From assembly GCA_965203805.1 (NCBI GenBank), contig OZ241917.1:2208001-2272000 (forward strand): a DNA stretch of 64,000 nt, in the 5' to 3' direction. The stretch is from Candidatus Latescibacterota bacterium (lineage in GTDB: Bacteria > Latescibacterota > UBA2968 > GCA-2709665). Under the pieces are notes generated by a model. It made no database searches. It was not told the origin of the DNA and was given only the letters and a program-made list of their open reading frames with translations. Each line of letters starts with the position of its first letter. The first letter of the stretch is position 1. Below are positions 18,845 to 28,887 of this stretch, one piece after another. A program made the translations under genes and the position numbers.

Positions 18845-19588
18845 CTACTTGAGAGAGATGATTTCGCGCTGGGACGGGGTGAGGCGATCGGCGAAGCCAG
18901 GGCTGAAACGCAGATGCTGCCCGCCCCAATCAGGCATATAGCCGATGCTGTAACAATAGTAGAGCGACCGGCGGGGGCGGCCGGACACGTTCACCGTGGA
19001 CCCGTGCGTGAGCGCTTCGGTAAACAGGATGACATCGCCCGCGCGCGCCGGAACCGGCTGTAAGGGAGGATTATCATTGGGGTGGCCGCCCCAGGGTCTC
19101 GCGAAATTGCTCTTGTGCGCACCGGGGATCGCCGCGAAGCACCCGTCATCGGGCCCGCAATCGATCATTGGGAAAACCGCCTTCGTCAGCGTCGAGACCA
19201 TCTGCCCGTTGCGGCAGTGGTACTGGCATTTCGGAAGGATCGGCGTGCCGTGCATGTGCATCCCGGTATACCCGCCGCCCCAGCGATAGATCGTGTAGGT
19301 GTGGTTGAGACGATAGGGTCCGCCGGTGACGCATTCGACGGCGTCCAGCAGTTCGGGCAGTTCCATTAAGGGAATCAGGGCGTCGTCGCCTTCGATGATG
19401 TTCGAAATATACAGGTTCTCCGGGCTGCGTTCCTGGCCCAGGACCAGCGGCGGGGGGTAATCCGCAGGCTCCATCGTTTCGAAACGGTCCAGCGCGGCAT
19501 TGCAGGCCGCCACCATTTCCGGCGGTACGATCTGCTCCAGAACGATATAACCCTGCAGGTCGAAGAGATATTGCTGCTCCTGTGTCAT
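18845..19588 (-). CDS. Phytanoyl-CoA dioxygenase (PhyH) family protein
   Basis: FDLQGYIV, IPGAHK, AGDVILFTEALTHG. Confidence 0.88.
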   Translation of the reverse strand: MTQEQQYLFDLQGYIVLEQIVPPEMVAACNAALDRFETMEPADYPPPLVLGQERSPENLYISNIIEGDDALIPLMELPELLDAVECVTGGPYRLNHTYTIYRWGGGYTGMHMHGTPILPKCQYHCRNGQMVSTLTKAVFPMIDCGPDDGCFAAIPGAHKSNFARPWGGHPNDNPPLQPVPARAGDVILFTEALTHGSTVNVSGRPRRSLYYCYSIGYMPDWGGQHLRFSPGFADRLTPSQREIISLK

Positions 19589-19638
19589 CCCGCCTCCTCG
19601 TTCACCGGTTCGCTTCAACATTAGACCCGGGGTATCCG

Positions 19639-20817
19639 ATGTCCAATCCGAACGTTTCTCCGCTCGCACAGGATTTCGTCATTGCCGCGCGGGTGCCGGA
19701 TCCAGTGCGGTATTTCTTCCACGACCCCGACCTCACGCGCCTGGACGACGGCACGCTGCTGCTGGCCGCGCCGCAGTGGCACCGGCCGGGCTGGGATTAT
19801 TCCCGCCGGCTCCGACTCCTCCGGAGCGAAGACGGGGGCGTCACCTGGGAGGAACTGCCCGGGCTGCCCTATGAAGAGGCCACCCCCTTCGTACTGGACG
19901 GGCAACTCCTCATGTTCGTCCAGAAAAAATGCCACAAGGACTTCCTTGTTGTAATGAGCGAAGACAAGGGCGAAAACTGGACCGACCCCGTAACCGTGAT
20001 TGAAGGGCCCATCTGGAATATCTCCACGTCCCGTGTTCTGCGCCCCGAAGCGCTCTACTGGACAATGGACTTCGACCTGCCCAACCAGGGGCATGGCGGA
20101 AAGACGATGCTCCGGGTGGACCGGAGCATGTCGCCCCTGGACCCGGGAGCATGGACGCTTTCCAACATCGTGCGGCAGCCGGAGATCCCGGACGCGATGA
20201 CCCGCGATCTCTTTCCCGACGGCAACCGCCCCCAGCTTTCCGGCGGCTGGAGAGATCCACTCGTCTGGCTGGAACCGAACACCGTCGAAGTCAGGGGCCG
20301 TATCCGCGCCTTCTGCCGGTGCGTTTTCGACGAATACGCGGCCGCCCACATCGCCGCGGTTTTCGACTATGATCCCGAGGCGCATCAGCTGAGTTTCACG
20401 CAATTCGCGGCCTGGCCGGGCGCGCAGTGCAAGTTCTACGTCATCCACGATCACTCGGAATCCATGTACTGGATGCTGAGCAACCTCATCACCAACTCCC
20501 AGGACCTTCTGGGCTGGGGCGAGCGGATGCGCGAATCCGGGTATCACGGCGGACCGGGCAATGAACGGCGCTGGCTCTACCTACACTACAGTATCGACTG
20601 CCTGAACTGGTTCCCCGCGGGCTGCGTGGCGCGGTGGCCGGACAACGTCTACCGGAGCTTCATGTATCCCAGTGCCGTCGTGGACGGAGACGACTTCGTG
20701 GTGCTCTCCCGCACCAGCAGGGATTCGGGCGACCAGCACGACGCCGACCTCTGCACCATCCACCGGATCCGAAACTACCGTAGCCTGGCCATGGACCTCC
20801 ACGCGGGCGGTCTTTAG
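19639..20817 (+). CDS. Sialidase/BNR-type beta-propeller protein
   Basis: Asp-boxes SEDGGVTW, SEDKGENW, SIDCLNW. Confidence 0.75.
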   Translation: MSNPNVSPLAQDFVIAARVPDPVRYFFHDPDLTRLDDGTLLLAAPQWHRPGWDYSRRLRLLRSEDGGVTWEELPGLPYEEATPFVLDGQLLMFVQKKCHKDFLVVMSEDKGENWTDPVTVIEGPIWNISTSRVLRPEALYWTMDFDLPNQGHGGKTMLRVDRSMSPLDPGAWTLSNIVRQPEIPDAMTRDLFPDGNRPQLSGGWRDPLVWLEPNTVEVRGRIRAFCRCVFDEYAAAHIAAVFDYDPEAHQLSFTQFAAWPGAQCKFYVIHDHSESMYWMLSNLITNSQDLLGWGERMRESGYHGGPGNERRWLYLHYSIDCLNWFPAGCVARWPDNVYRSFMYPSAVVDGDDFVVLSRTSRDSGDQHDADLCTIHRIRNYRSLAMDLHAGGL

Positions 20818-20827
20818 CCGTACGGGT

Positions 20828-21556
20828 TCAGGTGTTGGCGAGGATCTCCAGATACGCCTTCACTGTATTCGCAAGCCCCATCTCCAGCGCCTCGCCGATC
20901 AGCGCGTGGCCGATGGAGACTTCCAGCACACCCGGTATTGAACAGAACCTGCCCAGGTTCTCCAGGTTCAGATCGTGCCCGGCGTTGACGCCGAGCCCCG
21001 CCTCCTGAGCGACGGCCGCCGCCTTTGCATAGCCCTCGAAAACCTCGTCCGGATTCTCGTTCTCGCGGAACGCCGTCGCGTACGGCTCCGTGTACAGCTC
21101 GATCCGGTCGGCGCCGACTATCGCGGCGCGCGGGATGTCGTCCGAGTCGTAGTCCATAAACAGGCTCACCCGGCTTCCCAGCGCCTTCAACTCCTGAATG
21201 ACGGGCGTCAGGCGGTCGCCCTCCTTCGACAGGTTCCAGCCGTGGTCCGACGTGAACGCGTCCGGCGAATCCGGCACCAGCGTGCACTGCGTGGGGCGGA
21301 CTTCCCGCACGATGTCGAGGTACCCCGCTTCGAAGGGATTCCCCTCGATATTGAACTCCACGTCCGTGACGAGCGCGTTCAGTTCGTACACGTCCGAGGG
21401 CCGGATATGCCGCTCATCGGGCCGGGGATGAACGGTTATTCCGTACGCCCCGGCATCGATGCAGATCTGCGCGGCCCGCGTCACGCTGGGGATACCGATG
21501 GTCCGCGTGTTCCGGAGCAGCGCTACCTTGTTCACGTTCACGCTGAGTCGGGTCAT
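20828..21556 (-). CDS. pdxJ: Pyridoxine 5'-phosphate synthase
   Basis: LSVNVNKVALLRN, GITVHPRPDERHI, NIEGNP, RIELYTEPY, NAGHDL, EVSIGHALI. Confidence 0.96.
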   Translation of the reverse strand: MTRLSVNVNKVALLRNTRTIGIPSVTRAAQICIDAGAYGITVHPRPDERHIRPSDVYELNALVTDVEFNIEGNPFEAGYLDIVREVRPTQCTLVPDSPDAFTSDHGWNLSKEGDRLTPVIQELKALGSRVSLFMDYDSDDIPRAAIVGADRIELYTEPYATAFRENENPDEVFEGYAKAAAVAQEAGLGVNAGHDLNLENLGRFCSIPGVLEVSIGHALIGEALEMGLANTVKAYLEILANT

Positions 21557-21844
21557 CGCAGTCGCCTTTCGTGGATGCCGTTGAGACGTCAGATCCGGCA
21601 GACAACACAAGTGCTTCCTCACCTGGAAATATAGCGCCGATGCAATCCGTTTTCAAGGATCAATCATCCACTCCGAATTGGTGACAGCCTCGAATAACGC
21701 CCTCAGGATTGCCTTACATTGTGATGTTCTTCAGTGGGCAAAACTCTTGCAAGACGGCAACCGGCTCGGTTATATTGATACCCACGCTCGCGTGGAATGC
21801 GAACCGACGTCGACTTTTCCCTTTTGAAATTCCCTGTTACAATT

Positions 21845-22423
21845 ATGTCGAGTCCGCAGCTTGTCGTCATCGGAGGACCCAATGGCGCCGGCAAGAGCAC
21901 GGTCGCCCCACGGCTGCTGAGGGATACGTTTCATCTGATCGAATTTGTCAACGCCGATGCCATTGCGGCAGGACTTTCAGGATTCAGGCCAGAATCAGCG
22001 GCTATCCAAGCCGGGCGCGTTATGTTGCGCCGCCTCCGCCAACTGGCATCGAACCGAACGGATTTCGCGTTTGAGTCCACACTCGCGAGCCGTAGTCTCG
22101 CCCCCTGGATCCGCCACCTCAGACAGGACGGATACGTCTTCCATCTGGCATATTTGTGGTTGCCAGAACCGGAATTAGCGATTGCCAGGGTGGCGGCGCG
22201 AGTCCGTGCCGGCGGCCATCATATCCCGGAGATCACGATACGCCGGCGATACGCTTCGGGTCTTCGCAATTTCTTCGGGTTATATCGTCCAATTGCGGAT
22301 TATTGGCGCTTCTACAACAATGCGGCAGCTTCGGCGCCCCGCCTTATCGCAATGGGAAAAGGTGCGATCGAAGTCGAAGTTCGCGATGTTGAACTGTGGA
22401 AACGCATCAGAAGGGATGTATGA
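21845..22423 (+). CDS. Zeta-toxin-like/COG4185 P-loop ATPase
   Basis: GGPNGAGKST, FVNAD.IA, FAFESTL, RV..GGH.IPE..IRRRY. Confidence 0.85.
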   Translation: MSSPQLVVIGGPNGAGKSTVAPRLLRDTFHLIEFVNADAIAAGLSGFRPESAAIQAGRVMLRRLRQLASNRTDFAFESTLASRSLAPWIRHLRQDGYVFHLAYLWLPEPELAIARVAARVRAGGHHIPEITIRRRYASGLRNFFGLYRPIADYWRFYNNAAASAPRLIAMGKGAIEVEVRDVELWKRIRRDV

Positions 22424-22427
22424 GATC

Positions 22428-22637
22428 ATGGAAGAGTTGCCTCGAAAAGATATCAGCCGGATCTTCGAAGAAGGCACACCGATCGACAACGCTCTGAGAG
22501 AAGCCGTACGCGATGCCCTTTTGCATCACAAACGCAACGGAAATCCAATCGCCGACTGGCAAGACGGAAAGGTGGTGTGGATCCCCGCCGATCAGATCGA
22601 AGTGGACGTGGACGACGACGAGGAATCCGACGGATGA
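22428..22637 (+). CDS. Small partner protein of the zeta-like ATPase
   Basis: AVRDALLHHKRNGNPIADWQDGKVVWIPA is typical of small genes downstream of COG4185 ATPases; ATGA overlap with the next gene. Confidence 0.7.
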   Translation: MEELPRKDISRIFEEGTPIDNALREAVRDALLHHKRNGNPIADWQDGKVVWIPADQIEVDVDDDEESDG

Positions 22638-24076
22638 ATCCAGCCAACCTCCTCTTCATCCTCTCCGACCAGCACACGCGGGACATCACGGGCTGCTACG
22701 GTCACCCCGTGGTACGGACGCCGAACATCGACAGCCTCGCCCAACGCGGGACCCGCTTCACCAGCGCCTATACGAACTGTCCCATCTGCGTGCCGGCCCG
22801 CGCCTCCCTGGCCACCGGGCGATACGTCCATCAGACCGGAAACTGGGACAACGCCTTCGCGTACGACGGCAGTGTGCCGAGTTGGGGGCACCGTCTCAGG
22901 GAGCAGGGATTCCAGGTCGACTCCATCGGGAAACTGCACTTTCGCGCGGCGGATGACGACAATGGTTTCTCGCAGGAAATCGATCCGCTTCACGTCGTGG
23001 ACGGCGTGGGGGATATTCTGAGCTGCATTCGGGAACAACCTCCCTTCCGCAACAAGCGCGGCGCGATCCTGAACGCCGGCCCGGGAGACTCGACCTACCT
23101 GCAGTACGATATCTCGAACGCCGACCGCGCGTGCGCCTGGCTGGCCGAGCATCGCGACGACAACAGACCCTGGGTCCTGTTCCTCTCGTTTGTCTGTCCC
23201 CACCCGCCCTACGTCGCACCGCCGGATCTCTTCGAGTCCTATTCGCCCGATCGGCTTCCCCTGCCCCCCCAGTGGCATCCCGACGACTGGCCCGCCCACC
23301 CGGCCATCCGGCGCTTCCGACGGTTCTTCCACTACGACCGGCCTTTTTCCGAACCCGAGATGCGCAACCTTGCCGCCGCATATTACGGCGCCTGTACTCA
23401 CCTGGACCGTCAGATCGGCCGCGTATTGCAGGCTCTCGACGAACAGAACCTTGCCGACACCACGCGTGTCCTCTACACCTCGGACCACGGGGAATCCCTG
23501 GGCGCGCGCGGCCTGTTCGGCAAGTTCACCATGTATGAGGAGGCCGCTTCGGTGCCGCTTGTCCTCGCCGGCCCGGACGTCCCGGTGGGCCGGATTGCGC
23601 GTACCCCGGTATCCCTGGTGGATTGCTTCCCCACCGTTCTGGAATGCGCCGGCGCCACACTGGAAAGCGAGCGACTCCCCGGCCGCTCCCTCTGGCAGAT
23701 CGCGCGGAACGCCGACGAGAATCGCACGGTCTTCAGCGAGTACCACGCGGTCGGCTCCCGCAATGCCGCCTACATGCTCCGCGATCGAACCTGGAAGTAC
23801 ATACACTACGTGGACGAGCCGCCGCAACTCTTCAACCTGGAAGACGATCCGATGGAAACAACGGACCTTTCGGGTTCTCCGGAGCATCAAACCACGCTGG
23901 TGTCGTTCGAGCGGCGGCTGCGCGGACTTCTGGATCCCGAAACCACGGATGCGCGCGCCAAGGCGGACCAGCTGGCGAAAATCGCGACTTTCGGCGGAGA
24001 AAAAGCCGTTCGGAACCGGGGCGCATTCGACAACTCGCCGGTCCCCGGCGAGGCGCCGGCCTTCCGGGTCCACTGA
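22634..24076 (+). CDS. Sulfatase (choline-sulfatase-like)
   Basis: SDQH, TPNID, CVPAR (CxPxR), GKLH, PHPP, TSDHG. Confidence 0.92.
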   Translation: MNPANLLFILSDQHTRDITGCYGHPVVRTPNIDSLAQRGTRFTSAYTNCPICVPARASLATGRYVHQTGNWDNAFAYDGSVPSWGHRLREQGFQVDSIGKLHFRAADDDNGFSQEIDPLHVVDGVGDILSCIREQPPFRNKRGAILNAGPGDSTYLQYDISNADRACAWLAEHRDDNRPWVLFLSFVCPHPPYVAPPDLFESYSPDRLPLPPQWHPDDWPAHPAIRRFRRFFHYDRPFSEPEMRNLAAAYYGACTHLDRQIGRVLQALDEQNLADTTRVLYTSDHGESLGARGLFGKFTMYEEAASVPLVLAGPDVPVGRIARTPVSLVDCFPTVLECAGATLESERLPGRSLWQIARNADENRTVFSEYHAVGSRNAAYMLRDRTWKYIHYVDEPPQLFNLEDDPMETTDLSGSPEHQTTLVSFERRLRGLLDPETTDARAKADQLAKIATFGGEKAVRNRGAFDNSPVPGEAPAFRVH

Positions 24077-24142
24077 CCGCCCGGCCCGTGTCGATATCAC
24101 ATTTCGGTCTTCCACACTCAACGACCTGACGGAGCCGCTACC

Positions 24143-24895
24143 GTGACCGACGAAGAAAAATTCAGCTTCGACCTGGAGGGCTATCTGGTGGTCCGGAACG
24201 TCCTTGACGCCGGCGACCTGACGCGGCTGAACGCGGCTGCGGAACGGGCCGTGCCGGATTGGGGTGGCTCGGACATCAGCACCGCCGGCCGGGTTTCTCA
24301 ATGGGGGCCGGATTTTCAGGCGCTGATGGACCACGATACGATCGTGCCTTATCTGGTCGAATTGCTGGGTCCCAAATTCCGCATCGACCACGATTACTGC
24401 ATCTTCATGAAAAGAGGTGCGACGCGCGGCGGCCTGCACGGCGGCGAGAAGGACTCCGAGGCGGACCACTGGTACAAATATCGAGACGGCGTGATGCGCA
24501 ACGGACTGACCGTGGTCACCTACTTTCTTTCACCCGCAAGGGCCGGTGACGGCGGATTCGCCTGCATCCCCGGAAGCCATAAATCCAACTTCGTCGACCG
24601 GGTGCCGCGGGACGTTCGGCGCTTCGAACGCGACGCCCATTACGTGGTGCAGCCCGATGTGGATGCCGGTGACGCCCTCATTTTTACGGAGGCGCTCATC
24701 CACGGCACAAAGCCCTGGACGGCCGACCACGATCGCCGCGCCCTGCTTTACAAGTACAGTCCAGGGCACTCGGCCTGGTCACAAGGATATTACAACCCCG
24801 AGGAGTACGCGGACCTGACGGAGCAACAGCGACGCCTTATGGCGCCACCCTCCGTTGGAAGGCGTCCGGATACGATTGGGCTGGCGAACGATTAG
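24143..24895 (+). CDS. PhyH-family Fe/2OG-type protein
   Basis: FDLEGYLVV, LHGG, IPGSHK, FTEALIHG. Confidence 0.88.
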   Translation: MTDEEKFSFDLEGYLVVRNVLDAGDLTRLNAAAERAVPDWGGSDISTAGRVSQWGPDFQALMDHDTIVPYLVELLGPKFRIDHDYCIFMKRGATRGGLHGGEKDSEADHWYKYRDGVMRNGLTVVTYFLSPARAGDGGFACIPGSHKSNFVDRVPRDVRRFERDAHYVVQPDVDAGDALIFTEALIHGTKPWTADHDRRALLYKYSPGHSAWSQGYYNPEEYADLTEQQRRLMAPPSVGRRPDTIGLAND

Positions 24896-25028
24896 CCCGG
24901 TCGCGCCCGTTTCCACCGTCTGTTTCCGGCAGGGTACGGGCGTTGTCATTCCGGAGACGCCTCGTTTCACGCAACGACCCCGGATCGGCCATTCTTCAGA
25001 ATTCATGTATTCGATAGGAGACCCTGCA

Positions 25029-26489
25029 ATGCCCGCGCTCGATCCTTGTCCGCTATTCATCAACGGGGAATGGGTCCTGCCCTCCGGGACGGCAACCGAA
25101 CCGGTCTATAACCCCTCGGAAGGCACGATCATCTCCGCAACCCCCATGTGCGGCGCCGATGAAGTAGACCGCGCCGTCAGCGCCGCAAACACCGCGTTTC
25201 CGGCCTGGGCCGAAACCCCGGCCGTCGATCGCGCCCGCCTCATGTTTCGCTTCAAGGAGCTCCTGGAAAAACACTTCGAGGAACTTTCGCGGATCGTCAC
25301 CCGCGAACACGGCAAGACGCTGGACGAATCCCGGGGATCCGTCCGGCGCGGGATTGAAGTCGTGGAATTCTCTTGCGGGGCGCCCTCTCTGCTGATGGGT
25401 GAAGCCCTGGAGAATATCGCACCCGATATAGACTGCGACACGATCCGGCAGCCGCTCGGCGTATGTGCGGGCATCACGCCGTTCAACTTCCCGATTATGG
25501 TGCCGCTCTGGACCCTGCCCGTCGCGCTGGCGTGCGGAAATACCTTCGTGCTCAAACCCTCCGAGAAGGTGCCGCTCAGCGCGATCCGAATGGTGGAACT
25601 CCTCGAAGAGGCAGGTCTTCCCCGGGGCGTTCTCAATCTGGTCCACGGCGGTCGTGACGCCGTGGATGCCCTGCTCCATCATCCGGACGTGCGCACCGTG
25701 TCCTTCGTCGGTTCCACGCCCGTGGCCAGAACTATCTACGAGACCGCGACCCGAAACGGCAAGCGGGTGCAGTCCGCGGGGGGCGCCAAGAACTATATGG
25801 TCGTCCTTCCCGACGCCGAACCCGACGCCACGATAGACGCCGTCATGGGATCCGCGTACGGATGCGCCGGGGAGAGGTGCATGGCGGGCAGCGTGCTCGT
25901 ATGCGCGCACGATGCCGCGGAGCGGTTTCTGCCCAGGCTGAACGACGCGGCGCGCAATTTGCGCGTGGGCCCTACCGACAGGGATGCCGGCGCGGAGATG
26001 GGTCCGCTGGTTACCCCCCAACATCTCGAAAGCGTACGAGGCTCCATCGGGACCGGCATTTCCGAGGGCGCCGATCTGATCGTGGACGGGCGCGACGTGG
26101 TTGTCGACGACTGTCCCGGCGGTTTCTATCTGGGGCCGACCATCTTCGACCACGTACAGCCCGGGATGCAGATTGCCAGGGAGGAAATCTTCGGTCCGGT
26201 ACTTTCGGTGATGCACACGGACGACCTGGATGCAGCGATCGAAACCTGTAATGACAGCGGTTACGGCAATGCCGCCGTGCTCTTTACCGGGAGCGGAGGC
26301 GCCGCCCGCACGTTCCGTCACCGCATCAACGCCGGCATGGTGGGCATCAATACCGGCGTACCGGCGCCCATGGCATTCTTTCCCTTCTCCGGCTGGAACA
26401 ACTCCTTCTTCGGCGATCTGCACGTCCAGGGTCACGAAGGCGTCTCCTTCTTTACCCGTCAGAAAGTCACCATCAGCCGCTGGGGATGA
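25029..26489 (+). CDS. mmsA: CoA-acylating methylmalonate-semialdehyde dehydrogenase
   Basis: ITPFNFP, KPSE, FVGST, GGAKN, GCAGERCMA, EEIFGPV, GW..SFFGD.H. Confidence 0.92.
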   Translation: MPALDPCPLFINGEWVLPSGTATEPVYNPSEGTIISATPMCGADEVDRAVSAANTAFPAWAETPAVDRARLMFRFKELLEKHFEELSRIVTREHGKTLDESRGSVRRGIEVVEFSCGAPSLLMGEALENIAPDIDCDTIRQPLGVCAGITPFNFPIMVPLWTLPVALACGNTFVLKPSEKVPLSAIRMVELLEEAGLPRGVLNLVHGGRDAVDALLHHPDVRTVSFVGSTPVARTIYETATRNGKRVQSAGGAKNYMVVLPDAEPDATIDAVMGSAYGCAGERCMAGSVLVCAHDAAERFLPRLNDAARNLRVGPTDRDAGAEMGPLVTPQHLESVRGSIGTGISEGADLIVDGRDVVVDDCPGGFYLGPTIFDHVQPGMQIAREEIFGPVLSVMHTDDLDAAIETCNDSGYGNAAVLFTGSGGAARTFRHRINAGMVGINTGVPAPMAFFPFSGWNNSFFGDLHVQGHEGVSFFTRQKVTISRWG

Positions 26490-26492
26490 CCG

Positions 26493-27563
26493 TTGAACAA
26501 ACGCCTGCAGAAAATCTTCCGCGACGTCCTCTCTCTGCCCACGGCGCCTTTTTACGAAGACGCCGTTGCGGCATACATCCGGACCTTCGCCAGGCGGCGG
26601 CGGATCCCGGTCCACGCGGACCGGTACGGTAACGTCGTCCTTCACTACAAGCATGGCGATCAACCGGAACCGGTCGCGCTTACCGCCCACATGGACCACC
26701 CCGGGTGCGAGATCGTCGATGGCGGCGGCCGGGACCTCACCGCCCGCTGGCTGGGGGCGTGCGACCCCCGCCATTTTCCCGGCGGGCGTGTCACCATCGT
26801 CTCGGGCGGCGACGAGATATCCGGCAGAGCGGTGTCCCCGCTGGGCGATGACAAGGTCTTTTCATTGCGCGCCGCACGTCCGCTTCCGCAACCCGACGGC
26901 GCGTACGGCTACTGGCGGCTCAGGCCCGTTGCGTTCGACGGCGACGTCATCCGGACCAAAGGCGCGGATAACCTGGCAAGCTGCGCCGCTATCCTGGCCG
27001 TGATGGACAGGTTGCGACGGGAGAAAGCAAACGCCGACCTTCTGGGCGTTTTCACGCGCGCCGAGGAAGTCGGCCTGCTCGGCGCCGGCGGTATCGTGCG
27101 TGCACGGACCGTCCCCAGGCAGGTGCCGATTATCGTGCTCGAGACCAGCAAGGCCCTTCCCGGAGCCGAAATCGGCGGCGGCCCGGTCATCCGTGTGGGC
27201 GATGCGATGAGCGTATTCGATCCACGGGTCGAATACGCCATACACAGCACCGCACGAGACCTCGGAAAGACAAAGCGGAGTTTCAAATTCCAGCGCCAGC
27301 TGATGAGCGGCGGGGTCTGCGAAGCCACCCTGTACGTTCTGTACAATATGGTTGTGGGCGCCCTTGCCTTCCCCCTTGGCAACTACCACAATATGGGCAG
27401 ACGCTGGCCGGAGGAAGAATTCATCTCCGCGTCCGACGCCGTCCACATGGTCGACCTCTGCCATGCGCTGGCTGTCGACCCGCCCGTCGGAGAAACAAGA
27501 AACCCTATGAAGAAACGCTTTTCCGCCTCGTTCAAATCCAGGGGGAAACGCCTGCTCGGTTAG
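26493..27563 (+). CDS. M42/M20/M28-clan metallopeptidase
   Basis: DRYGN, AHMDHPG, KGADN, RAEEVG, GNYHN. Confidence 0.8.
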   Translation: MNKRLQKIFRDVLSLPTAPFYEDAVAAYIRTFARRRRIPVHADRYGNVVLHYKHGDQPEPVALTAHMDHPGCEIVDGGGRDLTARWLGACDPRHFPGGRVTIVSGGDEISGRAVSPLGDDKVFSLRAARPLPQPDGAYGYWRLRPVAFDGDVIRTKGADNLASCAAILAVMDRLRREKANADLLGVFTRAEEVGLLGAGGIVRARTVPRQVPIIVLETSKALPGAEIGGGPVIRVGDAMSVFDPRVEYAIHSTARDLGKTKRSFKFQRQLMSGGVCEATLYVLYNMVVGALAFPLGNYHNMGRRWPEEEFISASDAVHMVDLCHALAVDPPVGETRNPMKKRFSASFKSRGKRLLG

Positions 27564-27609
27564 CAGGTGTCTCTTCCCGCAGACAGCCTGACCGCGGTCC
27601 CTTGAACCC

Positions 27610-28875
27610 ATGCCATCCTACCTGCACACCCTGCGCCTGTTCAACCGCGACGTCCGGCTGTATCTCGCCGCAACGATCCTCTTCGGTTTCAGCCTTTTCG
27701 GGGGCATTACCTCCCTTCTGCTCAACCTGTACCTGCTTCGTCTGGGATACGGACCCACCTTCGTCGGGTGGGTAAACGCCACCGGCGCGTTCTCCTTTGC
27801 AATTTTCAGTCTGCCGGCCGGGTTCATGGGGGCCCGGTGGGACCCGCGTGTCGTCATGATCGCGGGAATCGGCATCGCCATCGCCGGAAATGGCCTTCTT
27901 TCTCAAGCCGAACTCGTGTCCGCCGGCGCCAGGGACGTGTTCGTTCTGGCCACCAACGCGCTGGGACTGCTGGGTGTGGCCCTCTACATCGTCAACGGCG
28001 CCCCGTACCTGATGGGCGTTACCGGATCGCGGGAACGCAACCACGTTTTCTCCATGCAGGGCGCACTCTTTCCACTCGCCGGCTTCTTCGGAAGTCTCGT
28101 GGGCGGCATCCTCCCGGGCCGGATCGCCTGGCTGATGGACCTCGCACCCTACAATCCCGCACCCTTCCGCTACACGCTGCTCGCCGCTTCCGCCCTGCTC
28201 ATTCCGGCTCTGTTCCTTCTCGTCGCCATGCAGAAACCTCAGATCCGGCAGCCGCGTGAACGCGCGGAAGCATCCGATGCGCCGTTTCCGCTTGGGCTTA
28301 TCGCGCTGATCGCACTCACTTCCCTTCTGCACGTTGCCGGAGAGGGCGCCGTTCGTACCTTCTTCAATGTCTATCTGGACGCCGGGCTGCGCGTACCCAC
28401 CTCTCTGATCGGCACGATCATGGCCACCGGGCAGCTGCTCGCCGTGCCGGCCGCACTGATGCTGCCGTTCTTCACAAGGCGTTTCGGCAATCAGCCCACG
28501 GTTGTACTGGCCGCCCTCTGCACACCCCTTATGCTGATTCCAATGGCCTTCATCCCGCACTGGGTTCCAGCAGGGTTCTGCTTCATGAACATCGTGGCTC
28601 TGGCCGCCATCCGGCGCCCGGCCTTCGTCGTTTACAACCAGGAGATCGTGTCCCCGCGCTGGCGCGCGACCATGTCCGGCGCTTCCTCTATGATGGCGGG
28701 CATCGGCTATTCCGTGATCGCGATGGGCGGCGGCTACATCATCTCCACCGCGGGGTATCGCGCGCTGTACCTTTCCAGCGCGGCATTCACCGCGCTCGGC
28801 ACGCTTGTTTTCTGGGCTTACTTCCGCACCCCTCGGGGCGAATTTGCCCGGCAGGCATCAAGAAACCCTTCCTGA
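27610..28875 (+). CDS. MFS transporter
   Basis: About 12 hydrophobic segments with MFS-like loops. Confidence 0.85.
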   Translation: MPSYLHTLRLFNRDVRLYLAATILFGFSLFGGITSLLLNLYLLRLGYGPTFVGWVNATGAFSFAIFSLPAGFMGARWDPRVVMIAGIGIAIAGNGLLSQAELVSAGARDVFVLATNALGLLGVALYIVNGAPYLMGVTGSRERNHVFSMQGALFPLAGFFGSLVGGILPGRIAWLMDLAPYNPAPFRYTLLAASALLIPALFLLVAMQKPQIRQPRERAEASDAPFPLGLIALIALTSLLHVAGEGAVRTFFNVYLDAGLRVPTSLIGTIMATGQLLAVPAALMLPFFTRRFGNQPTVVLAALCTPLMLIPMAFIPHWVPAGFCFMNIVALAAIRRPAFVVYNQEIVSPRWRATMSGASSMMAGIGYSVIAMGGGYIISTAGYRALYLSSAAFTALGTLVFWAYFRTPRGEFARQASRNPS

Positions 28876-28887
28876 AGGAGACCCGCG

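Noticed and set aside
22592-26774. Long antisense ORFs (625 aa, 573 aa) and similar shadows across the window
   Set aside because: Mirror frames of well-supported genes, expected in high-GC DNA.
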